Assembly: GCA_964016885.1 (NCBI GenBank)
Contig: OZ024741.1
Location: 180,234,001-180,298,000 of the forward strand
Reading direction: 5' to 3'
Source: Eledone cirrhosa
Lineage: Eukaryota
DNA: 64,000 nt
Both the position numbers and the translations under genes were made by a program. Each line of letters starts with the position of its first letter. Position 1 is the stretch's first letter. The notes beneath the pieces are model-generated. The model saw nothing but the letters and a program-made list of their open reading frames with translations, ran no database searches and was not told the DNA's origin. Shown here in pieces: positions 1-11,400 of the stretch.

Positions 1-780
1 AACCCCACTCCACCTAAAACCACTGCAAAAACACCCACAAACACAACAGCTCCCCAAAACATACCCCTTCCAAATAACATAGACACCACAACGGACGAGG
101 CCCCCACATCATCTCAAAGTGATGATGAGGTAGAGCCTCTCCGTTAGAAAAGAAAGAAGAAAAGACACCACAAGAACAAAAAACAACAAACATCACTACA
201 AACATACAACCACCAACACAAACAACACAAACATTACAAACAACCCCCCCCCCCCCCGTCCCGAAAACAAAACCACGACATCACTCCAAACGCAAACACC
301 TACAACAAAACGAAAGCTCCCACAAGAACAACAGACAAAAACCACCGCAACACAACAAGAACATTACACATACATAAACAGTAAAAACAAAACTTTAATG
401 GAGGTCATCTCCAACGACCCTTCGGTGAAAACCGAAGCGAAAACTTTTTCGAACTGTGTAGATAAACCTAATTTAAAGATGATTAGGGTTCCTACGGACA
501 CCTATAAGTCTTTAAAGGAAAACTTTCCTAAGGACGTGGGTAATCCTTGTGTTAAACCCATTAACCACGTCCTTTTAAAAAGTTTCCCCACCATCACCGC
601 CAGAAACCCCCACCCCAGACACCCCCACCCCAGAAACCCCCACCCCAGACACCCCCACCCCAGACACCCCCACTCCACCAAACATCTCCGTCCCCACCCC
701 GCCGGAAACCACCACCCACCCAGACAATTCCTCTAACACCCCCATGGAAACCGTGCGGCCTGATCCCCGGGAGACGAAGA
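1..780 (+). pseudogene. Probable C-terminal remnant of ORF1 of the Tx1/L1-like LINE (runs off the window start)
   Basis: A/C-rich low-complexity reading (NPTPPKTTAKTPT...SSQSDDEVEPLR*KRKKKRHHKNKK, then ORF 398-736) lies directly upstream of and co-oriented with a LINE ORF2. No conserved domain seen, so the call is positional. Confidence 0.45.
601..675 (+). repeat. 15-bp tandem repeat, 5 copies (CAGAMACCCCCACCC)
   Basis: Directly visible; encodes RNPHP/RHPHP in ORF 398-736. Confidence 0.9.
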
Positions 781-822
781 CGTGAGTGTTTTCTTCTCCC
801 CTTTTAACTTTTCAGAACCAGC

Positions 823-3800
823 ATGGCCGATATAAGAGTTGGATGTGTGAATGTACGCGGCCTGGGGATGCCCTGGAAACAGGGAAAACTCTTAAACGAC
901 CTCAGGTCGCACAGTATGGATGTAGTAGCCATTTGCGAGTCCAGGATCCACAGCGAGCGGCAGTTGGCCCCCATCTTCGATGACTTTGAGATCTACGTGT
1001 CTCTCTGTCAGCCGGGGGGGGTGGGGGCGGGGTTGCCGTTTTGCTGCGGAAACACCTGGGCCTCGTAACACAGACGGTACATCTGGACCCGGAGGGTCGA
1101 CTGGTGGTCCTAGACGTTGACGGTAGTGAAGGTGGAGTCTTCAGGCTGGTGGCCGCATATGCCCCATCCGGGACACCGCGGCCAGACTTCTTCAAACATC
1201 TAGAGACTTTTCTGGAAACTTCCTGCTCCTTGCTTTTAGTGGGGGACTGGAATGGAATCCTAGATGCACGTTGGGACTATGTGGGAGCACCCCCCTTTAT
1301 CGGGATAAAGGGGGGTGTAACATCCTCAAACAGTTAATCGGCCGATTTGACCTGGCCGATGGATATAGACTAGATTTTCCGACTGTGCCACTGTGGACGT
1401 GGACTAATCTTAGCGGAACATCTAGATCGTACCTAGATAGGGTTCTAGTTAGAAATAAGGATAGGGAGATGTTAAGCTGTCCACAAATGTTCATGGTTGC
1501 CTAGTCAGATCACAAACTAGTGACCTGCATGGTCAACCTTGATAGAACCCATAGACAAGGACCCGGCTATTGGAAGCTGAACTTGTCGTTACCGACATGC
1601 AAAACCTACAGTAGACGGATTAGCACTTTAGTTAAACAGCACTTGACAGGGGCCATTGTCAACAACAGATGGTGGTACTCTCTCAAGAGGGCAGTTAGAT
1701 TAGACTCGTTAGTTTTTAGTAAAGAATTAGCGTTAGATAGAAATAGAACCGAGAAAGAACTGGTAGATAAACTAGAAGTGGCAATTAGAAGTGGCAACGT
1801 AGCCAGCGTGCTAGCAACGAGAACGGCCTTGGACCAGGTCTTTGACGCAAAGCATGAGAGCTGCGTTGTCAGAAGCAAAATACGTGCTCTGGGAAACGAG
1901 GGAGCCAAAGCTGTTAGCTGGCCCCGAGTGATGGAGGCAAAAAGTGGCAACAGGTCCACGATTCGGTCTTTGAAGGACCAAAGCGGACGCGTGATACGTG
2001 AGCCAAAGCAGATATGTGCGGCCTTTCAGCGGCACTTTGCTAAGCTGTTCGGGCAAGGTGGCGCGCCGGGAGAGGCTATGGATTTCGGTCCACACCTCAA
2101 CGGCCTACCGCGACTCTCGGACAGCGAGGCAAAGTTCTGCGAAAAGCCGATTTCAGCCACTGAGATAGGGGACGCGTTGAGCCAATGCGGCAAACGCAAA
2201 TCTCCAGGTCTCGACGGTCTACCCTACGAATTTTACGTAGCAATGCCGGACTTATTCTCCAGTGTCCTGGAAGCGGTCTACTGCAACTGGCAACAGAACG
2301 GGAGAATTCCCAGTTCTGTGACCGGGGGCGTAGTCACACTAGTCAGGAAGGACGAGAATAAGGGGGATAACATAGGCAACTTCCGGCCCATAACTCTGCT
2401 AAACGCAGAGTTACAGATTTTGGCCAGTGTGTTGGCAAAGAGGCTGGCGCTTGTCGTCGAAAACCTGGTGGGAGAAGCGCAGACATGCGCAATCCCGACC
2501 AGGTCCATACACGACAACCTCCACCTCATGCGATACATAGAGAGGGTAGGGTGTAAACCCGGCTTCGGTGGGGCCCTGATCAACTTGGATCAGTCTAAGG
2601 CTTTCGATAGGGTTGACCATCGTTACCTGGATGCGGTGCTCGAAGCGGCAGGCTTCGGACCGGTGTTCAGGGGCTGGATTGCTGCAATGCATAACAGCAA
2701 CATCTGCTAAAGGGTTAAGGTGAACTGCTACCTCTCGGAGCCGTTCCATATCATGCGATTCATTCGACATGGATGCTCTCTCTCCTCCCTTCTGTACGTA
2801 TTGACTCTCGAGCCATTACTGCGGAAGTTGGAGCTATTGCAGGGCATCCCTCTGGAACCGGGACCGCGGAAAGCGGCGTCGGCCTACGCCAGCGACTTGA
2901 TAGTAATGGTGTCGAGCGCCTCGCAAATAGAGGAAGTCGGCACCTTACTGAAGGAATACGAAAGGTTCACAGGAGCGAAGCTGAACCGGGACAAGTCCAT
3001 CGGTTTGAAACTCGGATCGTAGAGAGACAAACCGATGCTTTCCGATGGCGTCGTCGGACGCTGGACGGAAGGACCAGTAAAGCTTCTCGGGGTCTGGTTT
3101 GGTCCGGACCTCCAGGTGGAGAAGAACTGGAACGAGGTGTCGGCCAAGGTGTTTGCACTCACCCAGAAGTGGGCCGAGTGCAAGCTATCCTTGAAAGGTC
3201 GAGCGGAGGTGGCGAACACTTTTATAGCGTCCGCCATCAACTACCGCTTGACCTTCGTGCCTTGTCCAGCCAAAACGCTTGCCAAAATGGAGCGCGCGCT
3301 CTTCCAATTCCTTTGGAAGAAGCGGACTCCTTTGGTGAGAAGATCCATCTGCTGCCAACGCCCTTCCAACGGAGGGCTGGGGATGCCATGGCTGACGATG
3401 CGCAAACACGCGCTCAGGCTGCGGCATCTCTACGTATTCCTCACCGGACAACCAGTGTGGGCCCCGTTCGTGAGGCGAGCCTTCCTACGACTCGTCTCGC
3501 TGACCAAGCTGCAGTCCTGGGTCAAGCAAAGACCGAGGAAAATGGGCGACTGGCACATCGAATGTGCTCAGGCGCTCCCAGCACTCTGGCAGGCGGACCC
3601 GGCGATCAGTGGAGACTCCACTTCGTCATTCTATGTGTGCGACGACGTGCTCGGTGAAACTCTGGGCGTAGAGGAAGACGAACTGACCAGTCTGTTCGGT
3701 AGGACCTTCCGCCCGGGACCGATGGACAACTTCCAAAAGTCCCTGGCCTGGCAGTGCTACTGAGGAGCTCTACCAGTTCGAGACAAGCTCTACAGACATG

Positions 3801-4030
3801 GGCGCCCGGGCAGGGACCCTGCAAAAAAGATCTGTCCGAGGTGCGTGCGAGACGAAGAAACCGTCGCGCACGCATTCATACACTTCCCGGGCGTCACCGA
3901 CCTGTGGGGCTATGTAGAACGACTATTGTCGCGGGTGGGACCAATCCGGTTGACCACCGAGTCCATTGTCATGATCAAACCGCCACCCTCCTTCAAAAAC
4001 GAAGGAGAGGCGGTTTTCCTTTGTGTGATA
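823..4030 (+). mobile_element. Tx1/L1-clade non-LTR retrotransposon ORF2, pseudogenised (APE endonuclease, reverse transcriptase, C-terminal Cys/His motif)
   Basis: APE motifs CVNVRGL, VAICESR, AAYAPS, LVGDWNG, YLDRVLV, SDHKLV; linker GPGYWKLN; RT motifs KSPGLDGLPYEFY, NFRPITLLN, LDQSKAFDRVDH, HGCSLSSLLYVL, YASD (degenerate YADD); GGLGMP and CPRC...ETVAHAFIH near the C-terminus. Frameshifts near 1015-1030, 1290 and 3820; stops at 1502, 2708, 3020 and 3761. The 3' end is truncated. Confidence 0.95.
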
Positions 4031-6266
4031 AGCCAGATATAACTACCGTATTTTAATTGGAAGCCTTCACTGTGAAACGAATGCCGTGTGATGTATAAAT
4101 ACTTTGTGTAGACTCCTCTTGGGAAAATCTGACTGTCACCTATCTCCTAGAAACCTAAATAGGAGATAACCAAGTAAAAACTACGAGAGAGGGAAAGAAA
4201 GAGAGAGAGGAGGAGGTAGACAGACTGACAGGCAACCAGAGATAATGAGGATATGAGGGAGAGAGAGAGAGTGTGTGTGTGTGAGAGAGAAAGAGAAAGA
4301 GGGAGAGTGTATGTGTGAGAAAGTGAGAGAGTGAGAATGAGGGGAGAGAGGAGGAGAGAGAGAGGTGGGGACAAAACTACAAACGTGGATTGCAAGTAAA
4401 CAAACTATCTACTTGCCAATGCTCTCATTGGGACAATTGGGAGTTAAGTGACATTGCCGTTGGCTGGGTATGAACCTTATGAGCTCTTGGCCAGTTGTCC
4501 GATAGGAACTTATGAGCTTATAGCGAGAGTAATAGGGTTGCATGAATGTAACAAGGAATACATTGTTTGTGTAGATAATATTTAATTAACAATGGTAGAT
4601 AGTATAGTTGACATGTCAAAGTAATAGATGATAGAATGAAGCAAAGTTAGTAGTTACCGTTTTGATTGCCAGGCAAACGCGGCTGGCAGAGGACGCCTGG
4701 CTAAGGCCAGGCGCCTGTTGGCCAAATGAATGGCAGAGCCAAATGAGAGGCTCTTGACCTGGTGCCGAAAAGGCAATGAGAGAATGAGAGCTTAAAGTTG
4801 TTAGTTTTATAGGGTACTGACCGGAAGTTGCAGAAAGGGTTCCACCCCCTGTCCAGACGCCAATCCAAACAAGGGAGACAACCGCTACATAACCTCCCGC
4901 CAGAATTTTAGTGTATAAAAATCGAAATGAAAATATGTAGCAAGTTGGCGAGAATGTTGTAACAGGCGTGAAAACTACGACAAAAGAATGTTTGCAAAAA
5001 TCAATGATAGATATCAAGGTAGTCAACCGCTCTTGGTCAGAGAACGACTGGACATCCATCTATCCATCACCCAAAGATACAATGTAATAAAGTAAGAGAA
5101 GAGCTCAAAGTTCAAATGTACAAAATATAGTTCACAGGTGTGCAATCACTTGACAGCAGGAAAGAAAGTGTGTTCCAGAGAATGAATGCAGGTGGTCTCT
5201 GTTCTGTGGTATATCGTGAAATGTCCAACCTCCGAATGGATTTTCTCACAGGAAGAGTGCTGCAAAAATAAATTCTCTGGCTTTGGTTGTTGGTGAAGCT
5301 GTGTTGATGTATTGCTGTTGCTGTTGCTGTTGCTGCTGCTGTTGTCTCGCTGAGTGAGCGTATTCGGTGTTTAAATTCACAGTAAAAAAAAAATTTTTTT
5401 TTTTTTTAGAAAAAATGAGTTGCGCAAAGTGCTAGAAATAGCAGCCGAAGTTGATGGTCGATGTTGAGAATGCGTTGACCTGGAAGGGTCAAGAGGCCAG
5501 CGACCAGAGAAATAAGCATTCTTAATAAATGCGCGGTTATCAACGGTAAATTTACATAGTAAATTTATAAACCGGCAAATAGAAGAATATAGCTTAAGGC
5601 TGAAGAATCCTTGGCGAGAAATGTTATCTCTGGCGTGCGGCTATGTCTGTGAGTAGAGACATCTCTGTGAATCGAGAATTTGTGCTGCCTACACGTGCCA
5701 ATACAAGGTTGAAAAAAATAATATTTCTAACGCGCGAGAAAATGATAGTGCAATTTTGAAAGTGACAATGATGAAAAAGAAAGGCTTCACTCAGCATAAT
5801 TATTGGTGTGAACTTTGGGAAAAAAAAAACTTGAACGATGAAGAAAACGATGAACAAAAAGGCAATGGTTCATCGAAAATAAATGTTCCTGTTGAAATGT
5901 TTTCTTAAAGAATATCAAATTTCTTTTTTTTTTTTTTTTCTTTTTGAAAGAGTTTGTTGTAAGAAACGAGAAACATATATATATATCGTGAAATGTTTTT
6001 TTTGTTTTTTTTGTTTTGAAAGTGTTCGTTGTAAGAAACGAGAAACATATATATATATTGGTGAAATGCGACAGTTAGTTGATGCGTGAGAGAAAAAGTC
6101 TGTCTGTGCGAATTCCACATGTGCGTGTGTGCGTGTCCTTGAGTATTTTCATAGTTTGTCGATAAATTTGCTGTGTATTCGTAATGTTACTCACACAAAA
6201 CCAGATGTGCTATTTTTTTATTTTTTGGGGGTGACCACTTATAGCGATGAACGGCTGCGTGTTCGT

Positions 6267-6284
6267 ATCACGTCAGGGTCACCA
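6267..6284 (-). other. Primer binding site complementary to the tRNA-Trp 3' end
   Basis: Minus strand reads TGGTGACCCTGACGTGAT, 1 nt after the 5' LTR. This is one mismatch from the classical tRNA-Trp PBS TGGTGACCCCGACGTGAT. Confidence 0.88.
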
Positions 6285-6571
6285 ATATAGCGAGAGTAAT
6301 AGGGTTGCATGAATGTAACAAGGAATACATTGTTTGTGTAGATAATATTTAATTAACAATGGTAGATAGTATAGTTGACATGTCAAAGTAATAGATGATA
6401 GAATGAAGCAAAGTTAGTAGTTACCGTTTTGATTGCCAGGCAAACGCGGCTGGCAGAGGACGCCTGGCTAAGGCCAGGCGCCTGTTGGCCAAATGAATGG
6501 CAGAGCCAAATGAGAGGCTCTTGACCTGGTGCCGAAAAGGCAATGAGAGAATGAGAGCTTAAAGTTGTTAG

Positions 6572-6578
6572 TTTTATA
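6572..6578 (-). promoter_or_regulatory. Putative TATA box in the 5' LTR (second copy at 4805-4811)
   Basis: TATAAAA about 80 nt into the LTR on the minus strand, and ATTAAA about 65 nt before the LTR end. Both agree with the PBS-defined orientation. Confidence 0.5.
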
Positions 6579-6656
6579 GGGTACTGACCGGAAGTTACAG
6601 AAAGGGTTCCACCGCCTGTCCAGACGCCAATCCAAACAAGGGAGACAACCGCTACA

Positions 6657-7737
6657 AGCTCTTGGCCAGTTGTCCGACATGAACCTTATGAGCTTTTGGC
6701 CAGTTGTCCGACATGAACCTATGAGCTCTTGGCCAGTTGTCCGGCATGAGCCTATGAGCTCTTGGCCAGTTGTCCGGCATTAGCCTATGAGCTCTTGGCC
6801 AGTTGTCCGACAAGAACCTATGAGCTCTTGGCCAGTTGTCCGACAAGAACCTATGAGCTCTTGGCCAGTTGTCCGGCATGAGCCTATGAGCTCTTGGCCA
6901 ATTGTACGGCATTAGCCTATGAGCTCTTGGCCTGTTGTCCGACAAGAACCTATGAGCTCTTGGCCAGTTGTCCGACAAGAACCTATGAGCTCTTGGCTAG
7001 TTGTCCGACATGAGCCTATGAGTTCTTAGCCAGTTGTCCGACATGAACCTATGAGCTCTTGGCTAGTTGTCCGACATGAACCTATGAGCTCTTGGCCAGT
7101 TGTCCGACATGAACCTATGAGCTCTTGGCCAGTTGTCCGGCATGAGCCTATGAGCTCTTGGCCAGTTGTCCGGCATTAGCCTATGAGTTCTTAGCCAGTT
7201 GTCCGACATGAACCTATGAGCTCTTGGCTAGTTGTCCGACATGAACCTATGAGCTCTTGGCCAGTTGTCCGACATGAACCTATGAGCTCTTGGCCAGTTG
7301 TCCGACAAGAACCTATGAGCTCTTGGCTAGTTGTCCGACATGAGCCTATGAGTTCTTAGCCAGTTGTCCGACATGAACCTATGAGCTCTTGGCTAGTTGT
7401 CCGACATGAACCTATGAGCTCTTGGCCAGTTGTCCGACATGAACCTATGAGCTCTTGGCCAGTTGTCCGGCATGAGCCTATGAGCTCTTGGCCAGTTGTC
7501 CGGCATTAGCCTATGAGCTCTTGGCCAGTTGTCCGACAAGAACCTATGAGCTCTTGGCCAGTTGTCCGACAAGAACCTATGAGCTCTTGGCTAGTTGTCC
7601 GACATGAGCCTATGAGTTCTTAGCCAGTTGTCCGACATGAACCTATGAGCTCTTGGCTAGTTGTCCGACATGAACCTATGAGCTCTTGGCCAGTTGTCCG
7701 ACATGAACCTATGAGCTCTTGGCCAGTTGTCCGGCAC
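6657..7737. repeat. 33-bp minisatellite, about 33 copies (ATGAGCTCTTGGCCAGTTGTCCGACATGAACCT); about 1.5 further units at 4470-4518
   Basis: Head-to-tail units with no spacers. The array start is separated from the main body by the LTR element. Confidence 0.97.
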
Positions 7738-7914
7738 CTTGTCAATTTTAACCATCCAGCCATCTGCTTTTGAAATTCTTTCCAAATGTTTAATAATTTC
7801 ACATAACAACTGAGATATCCTTTGGAGTTCTCAGTAATGACGTATAAAAAGGTAAGCAGTATTTGAGACATATCGGAAGTCCTTTCGTTATAAGTAAGAC
7901 GTTAGGGTGGGGAA

Positions 7915-8498
7915 TTTGACAGTATCGGTAGAGTGTCGGAGAACATGCTTTGCAACATAGAGTTACGTCTCTTTGAGTTCTGAGCTCAAATCCCATTGCC
8001 GTTAGCATTGCTTATAAACTACTAGTGACGCACTGTGGTAGATTTGATCGACTTTCCCCTCTCCCAAAATGGTTGGCCTTGTGATTAAATCAGAAACTGT
8101 TATCAGTAAGATGTCGTAGGTGAGTCCATATATCGGTAGAATCGTTAAAGCGTCAGAAAGGTTATTTGCGGTATTTAGTTACAACGCTTTACGACCTGAG
8201 TTCAAATCCCACTGAGTTCATCTTTGCTATTCATCCCTCCGAATGTTGATAAAATAAAGTATCAGTAAAATACTTGCGTTCAATTAGATAAAATAAAGTA
8301 CCGGTCAATAACTAGAGGGACTGGTCGATTTAACCGATTAACCTCTTTCTCCCAATCCCACCCCCTAAATATGTTCTTGCCTTTTGCCTATGTCAGAAAA
8401 CAAGGGCGGTAGATTAGTTGGACCGATGAAGCCTCAATAGGGCCGATGCACACTTTACGGTATTTGTTCCGGCTATTTACGTTCTGAGTTCAAATCCC
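7915..8498 (+). mobile_element. Cluster of three decayed tRNA-derived SINE copies
   Basis: Repeated head ...TATCGGTAGA..., B-box-like CTGAGTTCAAATCCC and GATAAAATAAAGTA core, matching the best copy at 42622-42808. Confidence 0.75.
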
Positions 8499-9309
8499 CA
8501 CCCCTAGGACAGGTATTACTTAACTCGACAGAAGGTGATCTCCGACTTGTACTTGATAGGCTTGATGCCGAGTGTGGCATGGCTGGAATGAAAATCAGCG
8601 AAGCGAAAAACTGAGACACTCGTCATCGAAAGGAAGCTTGGGCAGTGCACACTACATGTGAATGGAGTTCCACTGAAGCAGGTGAAGAAGTTCAAGTATC
8701 TCAGGGCTGTGTTCACAAGTGATGGAAGGCAAGGGGCTGAATTAAGTCCAAGAATTGCTGGAGCTGGTGCAGTCATGCGCCAGCTTCAGCATTCAGTAAT
8801 CAGAAAAATGGAGGTAGGTGTAAAAGCTAAACTCGCTATCTTCAGTTCGGTATTTGTGCCAACCCTTCCCTATGGTCATGAATCTTGGGAAATGACCGAA
8901 CGAATACGAATTCGAATACAAGCGACCAAAATTGGGTTCCTCAGAAGAGTCTCTGGAGTAACGTTACTTGATAAAGTGCGTAGTTCGGAGATCAGAGAGT
9001 CAATCAAGGTAGAGCCGTTACTTCTCCGAATTGAGAGATCACAGCTCCGATACTATGGGCATGTGGTTAGAATGTCCCAGGAAAGAATCGCTGGACACAT
9101 TTTATGGGCAAAACCAACCGGCAAGATGGTTGGATAACATCCATGAGCTTGGCTGGTCTCTCTTGGGGATCCAGCCGGATCTGTTGGAGATGGTTGCTTC
9201 TGACAGGACCTGCTGGAAGGAGTGTAGGAGGACTCTGCACCTACGACCCTTCAGAAATATGTGGGCGAAGAAGAAGAAGAAGAAGAAGAAGAAGAAGAAG
9301 AAGAAGAAG

Positions 9310-9337
<28 letters not shown>
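8499..9337 (+). mobile_element. 5'-truncated RTE-clade LINE (Rex3/Expander-like) with (GAA)n tail
   Basis: LKQVKKFKYL, VPTLPYGHESW, FLRRVSG, IERSQLRYYGHVVRM and RWLDNI are RTE RT C-terminal motifs. (GAA)n at 9267-9339; AGTTCAAATCCC duplicated at 8487-8498 and 9338-9349. Confidence 0.92.
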
Positions 9338-9340
<3 letters not shown>

Positions 9341-9497
9341 TCAAATCCCACCGAGATCACCTTTACTTTTCATGCATTGGGGGAATGTATGGTATAAAAT
9401 AAGGTATCAGTCAAGTACTGGGGGGGTCAATTTACTCACCTAACCCCCAACCCACACGAAAGAAAAATATGTCTGGTCTTGTAACTATATCAGAAAT

Positions 9498-9683
9498 AAT
9501 TGTTTCTACTTTTGGCACAAGGCCAGCAATTATCCCAGTGCATTACTGGTACTTTATTTTATCGACCCCGTAAGGATGAAAGGCAAAGTCAACCTCGGCG
9601 GGATTTGAACTCAGATCGTAAAGGGACGTAACTATGCTGGAAAGCATGGCGTCCGATCCTCTACCGATACTGCCAATCCACCG
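9498..9683 (-). mobile_element. Near full-length tRNA-derived SINE
   Basis: Reverse complement is nearly identical to 42622-42808. Confidence 0.9.
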
Positions 9684-9684
9684 T

Positions 9685-9731
<47 letters not shown>

Positions 9732-9899
9732 TCAAATCCCACCGAGATCACCTTTACTTTTCATGCATTGGGGGTATGTATGGTATAAAATAAGGTATCA
9801 GTCAAGTACTGGGGTCAATTTACTCACCTAACCCCCAACCCACACGAAACTATATCAGAAATAATGATGTGTAAGATGGCACAGAAAGAGCTTGTAATA

Positions 9900-10315
9900 T
9901 TGGTTTCTGATTTAGGCACAAGGCCAACAATTTTGAGGATGGGAAAATTGATTAAATTGACCCTACTGGTTTACTGGTACTTTATTTTATTGACCCTGTA
10001 AGGATGAAAGGAAAAATTAACCTCGATAGAATTTTAACTCAGATCGTAAAAGGCCGTAACTCTATGTTATAAAGCTCCACCGATACTGGAGCGTTGATTT
10101 CTAATTTAGGTACTTGGTCAACATAGAAAGACTTGGAGGGGTAGAAAAACGATTATACCGACCACAATATTTGACTGGTATTTTATTTTTCCATCCAGGA
10201 AAGATGAAATGCAAAGTCGACCTCAGCGTGATTTGAATTCAGAATAGAAAGGGCCGTAACTAAATGCTAAAAGCATTTTGTCCAATGCTCTACCGATTCT
10301 GTCAATCCACCATCT
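9900..10315 (-). mobile_element. Two further decayed SINE copies of the same superfamily
   Basis: GGCACAAGGCC tail, GGATGAAAGG core and GATTTGAA(C/T)TCAGA B-box complement. Confidence 0.75.
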
Positions 10316-11034
10316 TAAAAAGGTCTGTAATATTAGAGACATATTGTATTGTTCCTTTATTGTTTGGTAAGACGTCATAGGCGTGTCCACATTGTTATGG
10401 AGAAAGTATAAAAGATGGTGAAGGAGGCGTGGGGTGAGATAGTGTTGTTAATGTGACACTAGCTAGCAGTCGGTCCTCGCTAATAGTAATACATCTTAAG
10501 AGGCTCCTACATAACAAACAAAAACGAAAAATTGGGGGAGGAGCACTGCCGCAAATAAAGCACGTAGTTTTAATCTAAACACCACCACCCCCAATACCTT
10601 TAGACAACTGCATTGTTGCTGCAGCTGCCGATAACTAATGCACAATATGTGCAGGTATAGTTAAACTGCATAACTGCATTTGCAGCAAAGGGATGTTAAG
10701 AGGAGAGTGTCTGCAGCAAACTGTGTTCCTCTTATACATCCGCTATACTAGTAGTTTGATACACGGTATATACATTGTGTTCTAGAGACTTTAGATAGAA
10801 TCGTTACGGCGGGCGAATAGAAAGCCTTCTGGTCTTCGTTCAGGGCTCCCTACACTCCCAGTTCAAATATTCAAATTCCGACAAAATCTGCGTTTCCTTT
10901 TGTCCATTTGGGGGCCGATAAATAAAGTGTGAATCCAGTCCAGTCCAGCCCAGCCCAGCCCAGAGTAATAGATTGGCGGAATTGGTAAAGAATTGAGCAG
11001 GATACTTATTATCTGTTCGGTTCTTTCCTCCTCA

Positions 11035-11400
<366 letters not shown>

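Larger units (their letters stand above)
4519..6656 (-). mobile_element. Non-autonomous LTR retroelement (TRIM/LARD-like, 2138 bp)
   Basis: Two 371-bp direct repeats (4519-4889, 6286-6656) with 2 mismatches that I could see. Termini TGTAGCG...CGCTATA on the minus strand; AGCT duplicated at 4515-4518 and 6657-6660; PBS at 6267-6284; short purine-rich tract GGCGGGAGG at about 4893-4901. No gag/pol recognised in the interior. Confidence 0.92.

Noticed and set aside
2773-3657. 294-aa overlapping ORF within the Tx1 element
   Set aside because: Alternative frame of a GC-rich RT coding region; no independent motif.
6657-7737. 33-bp repeat array as a CRISPR array or as a repeat protein (SDNWPRAHRF)
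   Set aside because: Units are contiguous with no unique spacers and no cas genes; minus-strand frames are broken by stops in variant units.
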